DNA of 64,000 nt from a virus: positions 1-64,000 of IMG/VR virus record IMGVR_UViG_3300027763_000027. The stretch is one strand, 5' to 3'. A program made the position numbers and the translations under genes. Position 1 is the stretch's first letter; the number at the start of each line of letters is the position of its first letter. The notes under the pieces were generated by a model, which saw nothing but the letters and a program-made list of their open reading frames with translations, was not told the origin of the DNA and searched no databases. Positions 29,176-38,470 of this stretch are shown here, piece after piece.

Positions 29176-29941
29176 TTTTTTTTAGTCTCTCTAGAAGTTC
29201 AAAAATTTTAATCTTTGGTATATCTGAAATAGAAAATATTGTATTTGCATTTTCAAATTTTTCTTTAACTAATTTAATTTTTAATTTTTCAAAATCAATA
29301 TTTTTTTCTTTCATTATTTTTTCAAGAAGTACATGCGGAGATGTAGGATTTTCGTTAGGAGATGAATCGTCTATAATTTTTACATCACCTAATTCTTCTT
29401 GACTTACGATATTAATTTTTAAGAAATTACGCACACATCTAACGAAAGCTCTATTCTCAGCTATTGCAGCTAAAAAAAACTTAGCAAAACTTTTGGTATT
29501 TTGGAGAGAAGCATCGGCAAGAGCTTCGAAAGTGACTATTCTGTTGTCTGTTTCGTAGTTTGGTATCCAAGTTATTTTGCAGCTTGTAGCGAAATACGAA
29601 TCTGAGGCAGCTACAACTTTATATGAAACATCTGTATATCCTCTAATTTGGGCTAATTCTTTGATTCCTCCCAAAAGTATTAATAAATCCTTATCTTCTA
29701 ATTTAGATACATCTGTTTCTTGTGTTTTTTGACGATTCGGTACAAGATACTGGGTTTTCACCATAGCTCGCCAATCTATTATACCGTCGTCATTATAAAT
29801 ATACTTAATATTATTGTCTTCAATTAAACCATATTTATTTCTTTTGAAGACTTTCGCTGGCTTATTAATAATATTTGATTCTACAGTTGTGTCTTCAAAT
29901 GATATATTAGGATGAATAATTGTTGATACTGTTTCTTCCAT
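29168..29941 (-). CDS. Putative single-strand annealing protein (Rad52/Sak-like)
   Basis: GGIKELA...AIAENRAFVRCVRNFLKINIVSQEEL resembles the SSAP core helix. Confidence 0.5.
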   Translation of the reverse strand: MEETVSTIIHPNISFEDTTVESNIINKPAKVFKRNKYGLIEDNNIKYIYNDDGIIDWRAMVKTQYLVPNRQKTQETDVSKLEDKDLLILLGGIKELAQIRGYTDVSYKVVAASDSYFATSCKITWIPNYETDNRIVTFEALADASLQNTKSFAKFFLAAIAENRAFVRCVRNFLKINIVSQEELGDVKIIDDSSPNENPTSPHVLLEKIMKEKNIDFEKLKIKLVKEKFENANTIFSISDIPKIKIFELLERLKKIS

Positions 29942-29950
29942 GATTAAGTA

Positions 29951-29979
29951 ATGATATACTTAATATATATATTTGTCAA
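29951..29979 (-). promoter_or_regulatory. Sigma70-type promoter TTGACA-17-TATCAT
   Basis: Exact 17-nt spacer; -10 ends 9 nt before the ATG at 29941. Confidence 0.8.
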
Positions 29980-31112
29980 TCTTTATAAATATAAAAATTT
30001 TGTGCTTCTTTCCAAAACTCTGGATCATCTACGATATTATCGCCATTTTGATTAATCCAATCATATTTAGACTTAAAATGACCCTTTGAGGATATTATAT
30101 TTTTTGAAGAAAAATATTTATAATTTCTACATGATTTGATATTAAAATCCTCTTTTATTGGGTCTTTTTTGTTTATAATTAAACCGTAATCCATATAATT
30201 TAATTTATATTTATTTAAAATTTCTTCTGGTAAGCTGGAGATCATTACAAAATTTATAGTGTTTCTTTTTAATTCTTTTATAAAATTTGGATCATTTTCT
30301 TTTTCTATTATATAAATTATTTGTAAAATATTATTTTTATAAGCTTTTAAAAGATTTACGTCAATCGTTTTATTAGTAAAAATAATACATTTCTTTGCTT
30401 TTAATAAAATTTCCAAAGCTTGTTCATTAAAAAAATAATCCATTCTTATTATTAAATTTTCTATATTTATTGAATTCGGGTCAACAAATTGATCTAAAAT
30501 TAATTCTAGTGTTTTCTGGTTATAGTTTTCTCCAATACAAATGGTTTCAAAAAATTTTTTATGTTTAATATTTAAGAGACTTAATATTCCAGAAGCAATT
30601 TCTTCTGGTTTTATTGTGTTAATACTTTTGGGATGTTCTTCGAAAGAGTAAGATGGTTTTTTATTTGTTTTTGGTTTTAAAAGAATTAAATTCTCTTTTT
30701 TAGACCAATAAGGAGAAACGTTTTCTATGTTGTTATTAGAGTATATAGCTAATATTTTTTTATCAAATCCAGAAGCCATATGAGCTCCAAAACTATCTGC
30801 ACCAAAATGTAAAATAGAATTTTGAATAATATAAGCCGCTTGAGGAACAGTTGTTTGACCAGCTGTATATATACATTTATCTATTTTAGGATCATCTTTA
30901 CTTCCTATTTGAACTATATCTATATTTTCATTTTTTAAATAAGGATGTATAAGATTAACAACATCTTGCCAATAATCATAGTTTTTAGAAGGCTTGCTGA
31001 ACGGTTGGAAGCTTATGTATTTATGTGTATTTAATGGAAAAAAATTAGTATAAATAAATGGTTTATCTATTTTCAATCCGCAAGACGTAGCATATGATTC
31101 TATTAAATGCAT
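29976..31112 (-). CDS. Glycosyltransferase family 9-like
   Basis: KNYDYWQDV, IVQIG, HFGADSFGAHMASGFDK. Confidence 0.75.
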   Translation of the reverse strand: MHLIESYATSCGLKIDKPFIYTNFFPLNTHKYISFQPFSKPSKNYDYWQDVVNLIHPYLKNENIDIVQIGSKDDPKIDKCIYTAGQTTVPQAAYIIQNSILHFGADSFGAHMASGFDKKILAIYSNNNIENVSPYWSKKENLILLKPKTNKKPSYSFEEHPKSINTIKPEEIASGILSLLNIKHKKFFETICIGENYNQKTLELILDQFVDPNSINIENLIIRMDYFFNEQALEILLKAKKCIIFTNKTIDVNLLKAYKNNILQIIYIIEKENDPNFIKELKRNTINFVMISSLPEEILNKYKLNYMDYGLIINKKDPIKEDFNIKSCRNYKYFSSKNIISSKGHFKSKYDWINQNGDNIVDDPEFWKEAQNFYIYKD

Positions 31113-31115
31113 AAA

Positions 31116-31757
31116 TTAATGAAAATTTTCTCCGTATTTTGGTAAAAATGCATGCCTTAATTCTATGTTCGGGTCCACTATTATTTTATATCCTAATTCT
31201 CTTGCTTTTTCAAAAAATAATACATGCTCATTTCTGTTGTCATTTATATCATATTTAATATTTCTATGTACTTCGGCTGGAATCAAGAAGCATGTCCCAA
31301 CAGACTTTACTTGTGTTTTAATATCCCCATCAGAAATATTATAAGGTGGTTTATAATCAAATTTAAAGCCTTTTGAATCTATAAAGCAATCTATATCATA
31401 AAATCTTTTCCATGGCCACCAATTATTATCTTCTATATAAACATATGGTGCAACTATATTCTTAGACGAAATAGATAACAGTTTTTCTATAATATCAAAT
31501 GGATATTCTATAATATCTACGTCCATCCAAAATACATGAGTATAATCATTAGTTAGATTATCTTCTAATATTTTATTTCTTAACTTAACGTATTTAGCGT
31601 ATTTATGTTCGCTACCTTCTATGTAGCCATCGTAAACACATCTAGTTTTATTTTTAAAAGTTAAATTATTAAATATATTTGAGGCATTTTTCTGCCAAAT
31701 AAACCAAGCCCCTCTAGGGGAGATTAGCTGTGGCACTAATATTTTATAATCATTCAT
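31116..31757 (-). CDS. GT-A glycosyltransferase (Anp1/GT2-like)
   Basis: LRNKIL, VFWMDVD, SVGTCFLI, EHVLFFEKARELGY. Confidence 0.7.
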   Translation of the reverse strand: MNDYKILVPQLISPRGAWFIWQKNASNIFNNLTFKNKTRCVYDGYIEGSEHKYAKYVKLRNKILEDNLTNDYTHVFWMDVDIIEYPFDIIEKLLSISSKNIVAPYVYIEDNNWWPWKRFYDIDCFIDSKGFKFDYKPPYNISDGDIKTQVKSVGTCFLIPAEVHRNIKYDINDNRNEHVLFFEKARELGYKIIVDPNIELRHAFLPKYGENFH

Positions 31758-33678
31758 GTTTTAAATCAAAAGCTATTTTGTCTTTTCCATTGTGCTGATA
31801 ATTAAAAATTCTCTGAGTCCCTATATATGGTAAGAATGCTATTTGAAAAAATCCCTTATGATCTCCAGAACCTTCCAACCATAAAAGTTGATCCATTTGA
31901 GGTATATACGATATTAATTTATGAATATATGGATTACCTTTTAGAATATCAAAATATTCTGGTTTCGTTGCCACATATAAATTTTTATCTGGATATTGCT
32001 TTTTTATAGAAGCAAATAAACTAGTAGATATGTAAACATCACCGATTGCTTCTGGTATAACATATAAAATTCTATTCTCTTGACCTTCGTTATCCAAAAT
32101 TTCTTCAAATGATACTTTTTTATTTTCTTGATTTTCTTTATTGGCTACTTGTCTAAAATAATTTTCTATATCAGTTCTTTTGCCTCCTTTTTTAATTTCT
32201 TGTAGCCAATATTTTAATCCGTCATCATTTTCATTAATATCTTTCATTTTTAAAATATTATTATACATAAAAATAAGCCATTCAGTATCATCTTTTATTT
32301 CTGGAATAATAGCGAATGGATTTCTTTCTTCTTCTTTTAGAGAGAAGTCGTGATTCGTGATTACTGAATCATCAATAAATTTTTCTATAGCTCCTCCTAT
32401 GGTTTGAACTGAGAAATTTTCTAAAGTCCATTCTCTAGCTTTTTTACCTAATTCTCTTCTTTTTTGAATAGGCATGTTGTATACTTTATTTAATTGTTTA
32501 GCTATTGAAGATGGTTTTGTTGAGGCTTTAATAAATTCGGTTCCATGCTCTCTATATTCTGACCAATCTAATTCTAAAGAATAAGCTTCTCGCTCACACA
32601 TTTCTTCTCCACAAGAATAATTAGTTACCAAAGTTATAAGTTCTGTTAATTTTGCCTCTTGAATAGGTATTTCTTGTCCACCACTAGTAAATGGGTGACA
32701 ATATACATCCATTAAATTATAAACTTCATTTAATTGTGATTCAGTTACGCCTAGACCAACGCTTGTCGTTGTTTGACTTTTTTCGCTCTTACAAAATCTA
32801 CAATTTAAATCTTGACCTTGAAATAGTTTAATTTCGTATTCATGGCAATTTTTACAAATATATGTTGTTAGAATTTCTCTTAAATCAATGCCGTATTCTT
32901 TGGCTAATTTATGAATATTCCAACCCTCTGACCAATGAGTATGTAATAGTAAATATGTATTTTTAATTTGAGGATTTTGCCTCTTCCATAGAGCATATCC
33001 TTCTAATAAATTAGGAACACTTTTTCTTAATTGATTTCTAAATACAAACCCAATAATAAAAGAATCTAAAGGGATATTGTGTTTTTTTCTAAGCTCTTCT
33101 CTTTTGTAGTTATCTAATCTATAAAATTCAGCAGGATCAAGGGGTCCGTGCATTGTCTGGACATGAGCGTGACCTAGATCATGTAAAGCTTTAGTAGCGA
33201 AATTGCTCCAAATCCAATAGTTTTTAATTTTATTAGCTTTTTCTACTGCCGAAGGTAAAATCGGTAAAGAATCTAATGTGGTCCACAAAACTGATGGAAT
33301 TTTGTTGAACCATTTTTTATCTATTGCAAAATCTATACCCCAAATATCTTGTACAGCAATATAAATATCTGGCTTCTCTTCGTGAATTACTTTGTCTAAA
33401 AAATGCGCACCATAACTAGCAAGTCTGGCTAAATTAGGATCTTTATTTAATTCATTTATTTCTTGAGGATTATCTGGTAAAGATCCAATTGATTTCCATG
33501 GAGTTTTTTTGAGTTCTGGATTAGAATACTGCATTCCACAGCAGTAATGAATAATTTCGTATTTATTTGTATTATATAAATACGTTAGTAACGCCTTAGC
33601 TGCCCTACCAAATCCAGTTTTAGCCAAAGTAAAATCTGATTGGTAGAAGATTTTCTTTTTTTTAGACACGATTACCAA
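31750..33678 (-). CDS. Glycosyltransferase family 4 with CxxC insert and GT9-like C-terminal segment
   Basis: TGFG, FRNQLRK, YNLMDVYCHPFTSGGQEIPIQEA; CKNC...CRFC; C-terminal AIGDV...ILKGNPYI. Confidence 0.8.
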   Translation of the reverse strand: MVIVSKKKKIFYQSDFTLAKTGFGRAAKALLTYLYNTNKYEIIHYCCGMQYSNPELKKTPWKSIGSLPDNPQEINELNKDPNLARLASYGAHFLDKVIHEEKPDIYIAVQDIWGIDFAIDKKWFNKIPSVLWTTLDSLPILPSAVEKANKIKNYWIWSNFATKALHDLGHAHVQTMHGPLDPAEFYRLDNYKREELRKKHNIPLDSFIIGFVFRNQLRKSVPNLLEGYALWKRQNPQIKNTYLLLHTHWSEGWNIHKLAKEYGIDLREILTTYICKNCHEYEIKLFQGQDLNCRFCKSEKSQTTTSVGLGVTESQLNEVYNLMDVYCHPFTSGGQEIPIQEAKLTELITLVTNYSCGEEMCEREAYSLELDWSEYREHGTEFIKASTKPSSIAKQLNKVYNMPIQKRRELGKKAREWTLENFSVQTIGGAIEKFIDDSVITNHDFSLKEEERNPFAIIPEIKDDTEWLIFMYNNILKMKDINENDDGLKYWLQEIKKGGKRTDIENYFRQVANKENQENKKVSFEEILDNEGQENRILYVIPEAIGDVYISTSLFASIKKQYPDKNLYVATKPEYFDILKGNPYIHKLISYIPQMDQLLWLEGSGDHKGFFQIAFLPYIGTQRIFNYQHNGKDKIAFDLKHE

Positions 33679-34211
33679 AGCTCACTATCGTCTTGAGCGT
33701 TCTTCTGTACGTTTGGTGAATTTGGTGCATTTTTTATCTTTTTAATTGCTTCAATTCTTTGAGATTCAAAAGTAGCATTTAAAGCGTAAGAGATAAATTC
33801 TTTTAATAACCTAGCTTCATTAAAATAAAATCCAATTAAGTAAGACTGTTTATTTTCACTGTTTTGCTTATCTTCTTTATTAACTGAATAAGAATAGCCT
33901 ACTTGCTTGTCATCTCTGATATACGGACAGAGTTTTATCCTTGTTGTTTGTTTTTCTGAAGTATGGTACGCAGAAAACTCTACATTTCTTTCGATTGCGT
34001 CTAAAATTCCTGCTGCTTCTGTTAAAGAAAATTTGATTTTTACACTTTTATTTGGATTATTTTGATTTTCTGAAAATGACCCTATTTTTTTAGCTTCATT
34101 CCATGCTGATTGTTTAATTAATGAACCCCATATGGATTCGTCTTTTGGATTGACTGTGAAACTACAAGCTGTTCCTGTGTTTTTGCTATTTGGTTTATAA
34201 AAAGATATCAT
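33672..34211 (-). CDS. Putative ssDNA-binding protein (Whirly/PC4-like) with acidic tail
   Basis: FYK...KIKFSLTEAAGILDAI...YH pattern; ends DDSELW; adjacent to the polymerase. Confidence 0.45.
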   Translation of the reverse strand: MISFYKPNSKNTGTACSFTVNPKDESIWGSLIKQSAWNEAKKIGSFSENQNNPNKSVKIKFSLTEAAGILDAIERNVEFSAYHTSEKQTTRIKLCPYIRDDKQVGYSYSVNKEDKQNSENKQSYLIGFYFNEARLLKEFISYALNATFESQRIEAIKKIKNAPNSPNVQKNAQDDSELW

Positions 34212-34218
34212 ATATAAT

Positions 34219-34247
34219 ATATTATCATTATAATGTAATTATGTCAA
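34219..34247 (-). promoter_or_regulatory. Sigma70-type promoter TTGACA-17-TAATAT
   Basis: 17-nt spacer; 7 nt to the ATG at 34211. Confidence 0.75.
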
Positions 34248-36826
34248 CTATTTTTGTCTATCTTTTTTAAATCATTTAATTTCATATAAATTTGATGATC
34301 TTGGATAGCTATTAAATCGCCAAATACACAATCATCTCTTTTTGAGCCTTTCGCTATAACAATATTGCCTTCTTCAAAAGCTTTGTTATTTAACAGTTTA
34401 TTATTTTCAATGTTATCATTAAATATTAATACGCTAATAGAACTGGTTTCATCTGATATTTTTAATCTCACATATCTAGTTTTCTTTTCGTTTTTTGATA
34501 CACCAGTATATACTTCCTCTATTTGACCCACAAATGCTACTTTTGAATTAATTGGTTCTTCTAGGATATCTGATATAAATTTTAAATTCTCACGCTTTTC
34601 AATAAAGATATCCCTTAGATTTTTGTTGTATGTATATCCTAATAGCTTTTTTTCATAATACCAATTTGCAAAACTTTCGCTTTTACTATTCTGATTGTAA
34701 ATTTCAAGATATGGCGCATACTTTGCTTTAATAGTGTTTAATCTGTTATCTTTAATAACCACATGATTTTTTTCGTCAGTAAATTTATTGAGGTGTTTAA
34801 TTATTTTAATTAAATCATAATCAAATTTATCTGCAAATGAAATTGCATATTTTTTTTCTTTGGCAGTTAGGATGTTCCATAATTGAGCTTCTAGAACAAT
34901 TTTACTTCTAGATTGACTAAAACCACTTAATGCCCCAGCTTGAATTAAAGATGATAGAACCCCAATGTTAAGATTTGCTTCTTCTGCTGCTTGGAAAATT
35001 TCAAATTTATTAGAATACTTATTTCTAAAGCTATTTAATTTTTCGATAGATTTATCACTAATCCCTTTTATAGAGAGCAATCCAAATCTGATATCCTTAT
35101 CTTCTGTTGAGAAATCCATTTCTGATTTAATGATATGTGGAGGAAGAAGTTTGATGTCGAATTCATGCATTTCTTTTTGAATCTTAGAGATTTCACCAAT
35201 TGGGTCTGGTTCATTTCTGCTCATTTTCAATAATGACAAGAAAAATTGTTGAGGATAATTAAATTTTAAATAAATTGTAACTGCTGCCAAAGCAGCATAA
35301 GCTAACGAATGACTTTTGTTAAATGAATAATTTGCAGAATCCTCTAGAATCTTCCAAAGAATCTCTCCTACTTCTTTTGGAATTTTATTTTCTTTAATCT
35401 TTAATTCGATCTTTTTCTTCCACGCTTTGATTTCTTCTGTTTTCTTTTTACCAACGATTCTCCTTAAGATTTCCGCTTCGTCAAGAGTGAAGCCGATTTT
35501 GTTCGCCATCTTCATCAACTGCTCTTGATACAGGGCTACTCCACCAGTTTCTTTTAGGATCTCATCGAAAAATGGATGAATACTTTCTGATTGTTGATAA
35601 TTTGTATGAGCAGCATATTTATCCACGAATTGTAATGCTCCAGGTCTTGCTAAAGCTAAGACTCCGCTAAGTTCCTCAAGGCTTTTTGGCTTTACCTTTT
35701 GACAAACTCTAAAATTAGTTTCTGCTTCAATTTGAAACAGTCCGTGAGGCGATCTTAATTCTTGTAGATTTCTATAAATAGATTCATGATTTAAATCGAT
35801 ATCTTCTACTTTGATGCCTATGCTTTTGCAAACATCATCAACTACAGAAACACTTCTTAAACCCAAAATATCGAGTTTAATATTAAATAAACTAACCCAG
35901 TTCATATCAAAACTAGAAACTGGCTCTTTGTCTGATGAAAATTCAGTAGGACAAATTGTTTCTAAATTATAATAAGATAAAAGAACTCCAGAAGGATGGA
36001 CTCCTTTATTTTTAATTAAATCTCTGAGTTTTAAAGCTATTTCATAAGTTTCTTTATTTTCATCACACCAATCTTTAAATTTGGAAACTTCTTCGTAAGC
36101 CTCTTCGATGTTTTTGACTTGACCATATACCTTTGGAATTAAAGAGGAGATATTCGTCATCTCTTCTTCTGTTTTTTCGCCCACGATTTTACCACATTCT
36201 TTTATTAATAATTTTCCACTTAATGTGTTTAAAGTTAAAATTTTACTAGTTTTTCCTTTAAATTTATTTTCCAAGTATTGAAGTACTTTTTGTCTATTAT
36301 AATAACAAATGTCCAAATCAACGTCACACATTAAACTACCATCCAAATAGGTTACCCCGTCAACAACCTGCTTTTTAGCTCGAATCTTGGATATAAATCT
36401 TTCGAAATAGAGGTCATATTTAACTGGATCTATCCTAGTTACCCCAATAAGATATAGTATTAATGACCCAGCAGCCGAACCCCTACCTAATCCTATTGGA
36501 ATATTGCTAGTTTTACAAAAATTAATAACATCCCAAACTAATAAAATATAATCTATAAAACCCAATTCTTTTAATGTTTCTAATTCGTATTTTGCTCTAT
36601 CAATATATTTTTTATAATCTTTATTATTCTTGTCTATATTTAAATTTTTAAATCCATTCAAAGATAAAGCTCTTAGAAAATCATAATTATCAACATCCTC
36701 GCTTATATTAAGATGCCTCTTTAGGGATGAATCGATATTAAACTCTGGTAGTCTAACGCCGTGTAGACCTAAATCTATATCAGAGAATTTTTCAGAAAAG
36801 ATATTGTCTTTTAAAGCGTTATTCAT
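34244..36826 (-). CDS. dnaE: DNA polymerase III alpha catalytic part (palm/fingers/HhH/OB) lacking the PHP domain
   Basis: GRGSAAGSL, FERF, DVDLD, HPSGV, KLDILGL, YQEQLM, YSFNKSH. Confidence 0.95.
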   Translation of the reverse strand: MNNALKDNIFSEKFSDIDLGLHGVRLPEFNIDSSLKRHLNISEDVDNYDFLRALSLNGFKNLNIDKNNKDYKKYIDRAKYELETLKELGFIDYILLVWDVINFCKTSNIPIGLGRGSAAGSLILYLIGVTRIDPVKYDLYFERFISKIRAKKQVVDGVTYLDGSLMCDVDLDICYYNRQKVLQYLENKFKGKTSKILTLNTLSGKLLIKECGKIVGEKTEEEMTNISSLIPKVYGQVKNIEEAYEEVSKFKDWCDENKETYEIALKLRDLIKNKGVHPSGVLLSYYNLETICPTEFSSDKEPVSSFDMNWVSLFNIKLDILGLRSVSVVDDVCKSIGIKVEDIDLNHESIYRNLQELRSPHGLFQIEAETNFRVCQKVKPKSLEELSGVLALARPGALQFVDKYAAHTNYQQSESIHPFFDEILKETGGVALYQEQLMKMANKIGFTLDEAEILRRIVGKKKTEEIKAWKKKIELKIKENKIPKEVGEILWKILEDSANYSFNKSHSLAYAALAAVTIYLKFNYPQQFFLSLLKMSRNEPDPIGEISKIQKEMHEFDIKLLPPHIIKSEMDFSTEDKDIRFGLLSIKGISDKSIEKLNSFRNKYSNKFEIFQAAEEANLNIGVLSSLIQAGALSGFSQSRSKIVLEAQLWNILTAKEKKYAISFADKFDYDLIKIIKHLNKFTDEKNHVVIKDNRLNTIKAKYAPYLEIYNQNSKSESFANWYYEKKLLGYTYNKNLRDIFIEKRENLKFISDILEEPINSKVAFVGQIEEVYTGVSKNEKKTRYVRLKISDETSSISVLIFNDNIENNKLLNNKAFEEGNIVIAKGSKRDDCVFGDLIAIQDHQIYMKLNDLKKIDKNS

Positions 36827-37040
36827 TAGTTCCTGGCTCGTCTCTTTCTATATTGTCTATTTCTTTATTAAAAGAATCTAGTCCTTTAGCCAAAATCCTC
36901 ATTGAGCCTCTGTCTTTTAAATAGTAAAAAACATCTGCTTTCCCTTGCTTTTTACCTTTTTGAATTGTTATTAGCAAGTATTCTATATTTCCATCTTCTA
37001 ATTTTTGTGTCATGTCGTATATGTCGTCTAGTGATCCCAT
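36819..37040 (-). CDS. Hypothetical protein within the polymerase cluster
   Basis: 73 aa with GGAGG SD; coupled to the dnaE start. Confidence 0.7.
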   Translation of the reverse strand: MGSLDDIYDMTQKLEDGNIEYLLITIQKGKKQGKADVFYYLKDRGSMRILAKGLDSFNKEIDNIERDEPGTNE

Positions 37041-37041
37041 T

Positions 37042-37680
37042 TTATACCTCCAATTGCCATTTTAATTTATTCCATACTTTTAAATTTAAGTCAAGATCAT
37101 TAATTGCATCGTGAAGCTTTTCGTAATCATGTTCTATCCCGTTTTCTTTACCCAAGAAAGTAAGTGAGCTTTTTACGTTCTTTTTTCTTGTATGATATAT
37201 TTTATATTGATATTCAATCAAACTATCTTTAGGGTTGTATGGAGTTTCATATTTTATGCCTCTAGCTATAGCGTTTGTATCAATAAATTTATTAGTTAAA
37301 TGATGCCAATTACATCCCATATACTTATAATACTCTTTTATTAAATAAATATCAAATCCTAAAGTATTATGTCCAATAATATAATCTGCTTTATCCAACC
37401 AGTCTTTAATGGTTGGAAATATCTCTTTTGGATCGTGCCCCTCCTTTTGGACTTTTTTGTGATCATATCTAGTTATTCTTGCTGCGTCTTGACTTATTTT
37501 TAAATCTGTTTGCCATTTTAAATAAAAGTTTTTCTGATCAATTTTTTTATCACCTTGAACTTTTAGCATAGCTATTTGCCATGGAATATTGTGACAAAAA
37601 TTAAGACATAAATTAAATGTCTCGCAATCAATAAAAACCAATGTTTTATTTTTATTATATCTTAAAAGATGTTCGTCCAT
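37042..37680 (-). CDS. DEDDh 3'-5' exonuclease (DnaQ/epsilon-like); start moved to 37680
   Basis: FIDCET, GHNTLGFD, HDAIND motifs. Confidence 0.9.
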   Translation of the reverse strand: MDEHLLRYNKNKTLVFIDCETFNLCLNFCHNIPWQIAMLKVQGDKKIDQKNFYLKWQTDLKISQDAARITRYDHKKVQKEGHDPKEIFPTIKDWLDKADYIIGHNTLGFDIYLIKEYYKYMGCNWHHLTNKFIDTNAIARGIKYETPYNPKDSLIEYQYKIYHTRKKNVKSSLTFLGKENGIEHDYEKLHDAINDLDLNLKVWNKLKWQLEV

Positions 37681-37684
37681 AATA

Positions 37685-38431
37685 TCACTTACTTTCCTTC
37701 CAGCTTTCAAAACAAAATTCATTACTACTCATATGTTCTATTTCTGGTTTATTTAAAATACTCCTATTATTGATGCATCTAGAAGTTAAGTATGTTTTAA
37801 AATCTTTTCTTTTATTATAATAAATACTTTTTACATTAAAGACTTCTAATTCATTTTGCTTTGCGAAGCTTAATATTTTATCTTTAATAATAAAATCAAA
37901 AGGTAATTCGTTTTCTTCTAAAAAAACGATTGGTTTGGTAAAATCAAATTGGGGAACGCATATATTATTTTTTAAAGTATTATTGAATATAAAAGAGTCA
38001 TAAAATGGAATAGCTAATATTAAATCTTCTGACCAGTTTTTAGACAAAGTAGAATAATCAAGTCTTGGTTCGTAATAAAATCCATCTTTAGCAGCAATAC
38101 TAAATAGTTTGGTTAACAATTCGTATCCTTTTTTATTTTTAAAAAATAAGATAATTTTTGAATTTTTAGTTCTAGATTCATCAGATTTGTCGATCATTGA
38201 TTCTGTTATAGATATTCTTAATCCATAATTTAATTTAATATTATTGCTTTTACAATTAAAATAAGCTTCCAAAAAAGAAGACATATTATCTTCTACTAGA
38301 AATAACTCGTTTAGTTTATTGTTTTTACATATTTGTATTATTGAATCTGGATAATTATCCTCTTCAGATTTATCCTCTAGAGTAAGAATAGATCTTCCTA
38401 TAGAATAATGTGATTTAAAAATTGGAATCAT
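37685..38431 (-). CDS. Stand-alone PHP domain of DNA polymerase III alpha
   Basis: KSHYSIGRS, IKLNYGLRI, KNKKGYELLTKL, GFYYEPRLD match the DnaE N-terminus. Confidence 0.85.
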   Translation of the reverse strand: MIPIFKSHYSIGRSILTLEDKSEEDNYPDSIIQICKNNKLNELFLVEDNMSSFLEAYFNCKSNNIKLNYGLRISITESMIDKSDESRTKNSKIILFFKNKKGYELLTKLFSIAAKDGFYYEPRLDYSTLSKNWSEDLILAIPFYDSFIFNNTLKNNICVPQFDFTKPIVFLEENELPFDFIIKDKILSFAKQNELEVFNVKSIYYNKRKDFKTYLTSRCINNRSILNKPEIEHMSSNEFCFESWKESK

Positions 38432-38441
38432 TACCTAGATT

Positions 38442-38470
38442 AGGATATGATATTTTTATATATTTGTCAA
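38442..38470 (-). promoter_or_regulatory. Sigma70-type promoter TTGACA-17-TATCCT
   Basis: 17-nt spacer; 10 nt to the ATG at 38431. Confidence 0.75.
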
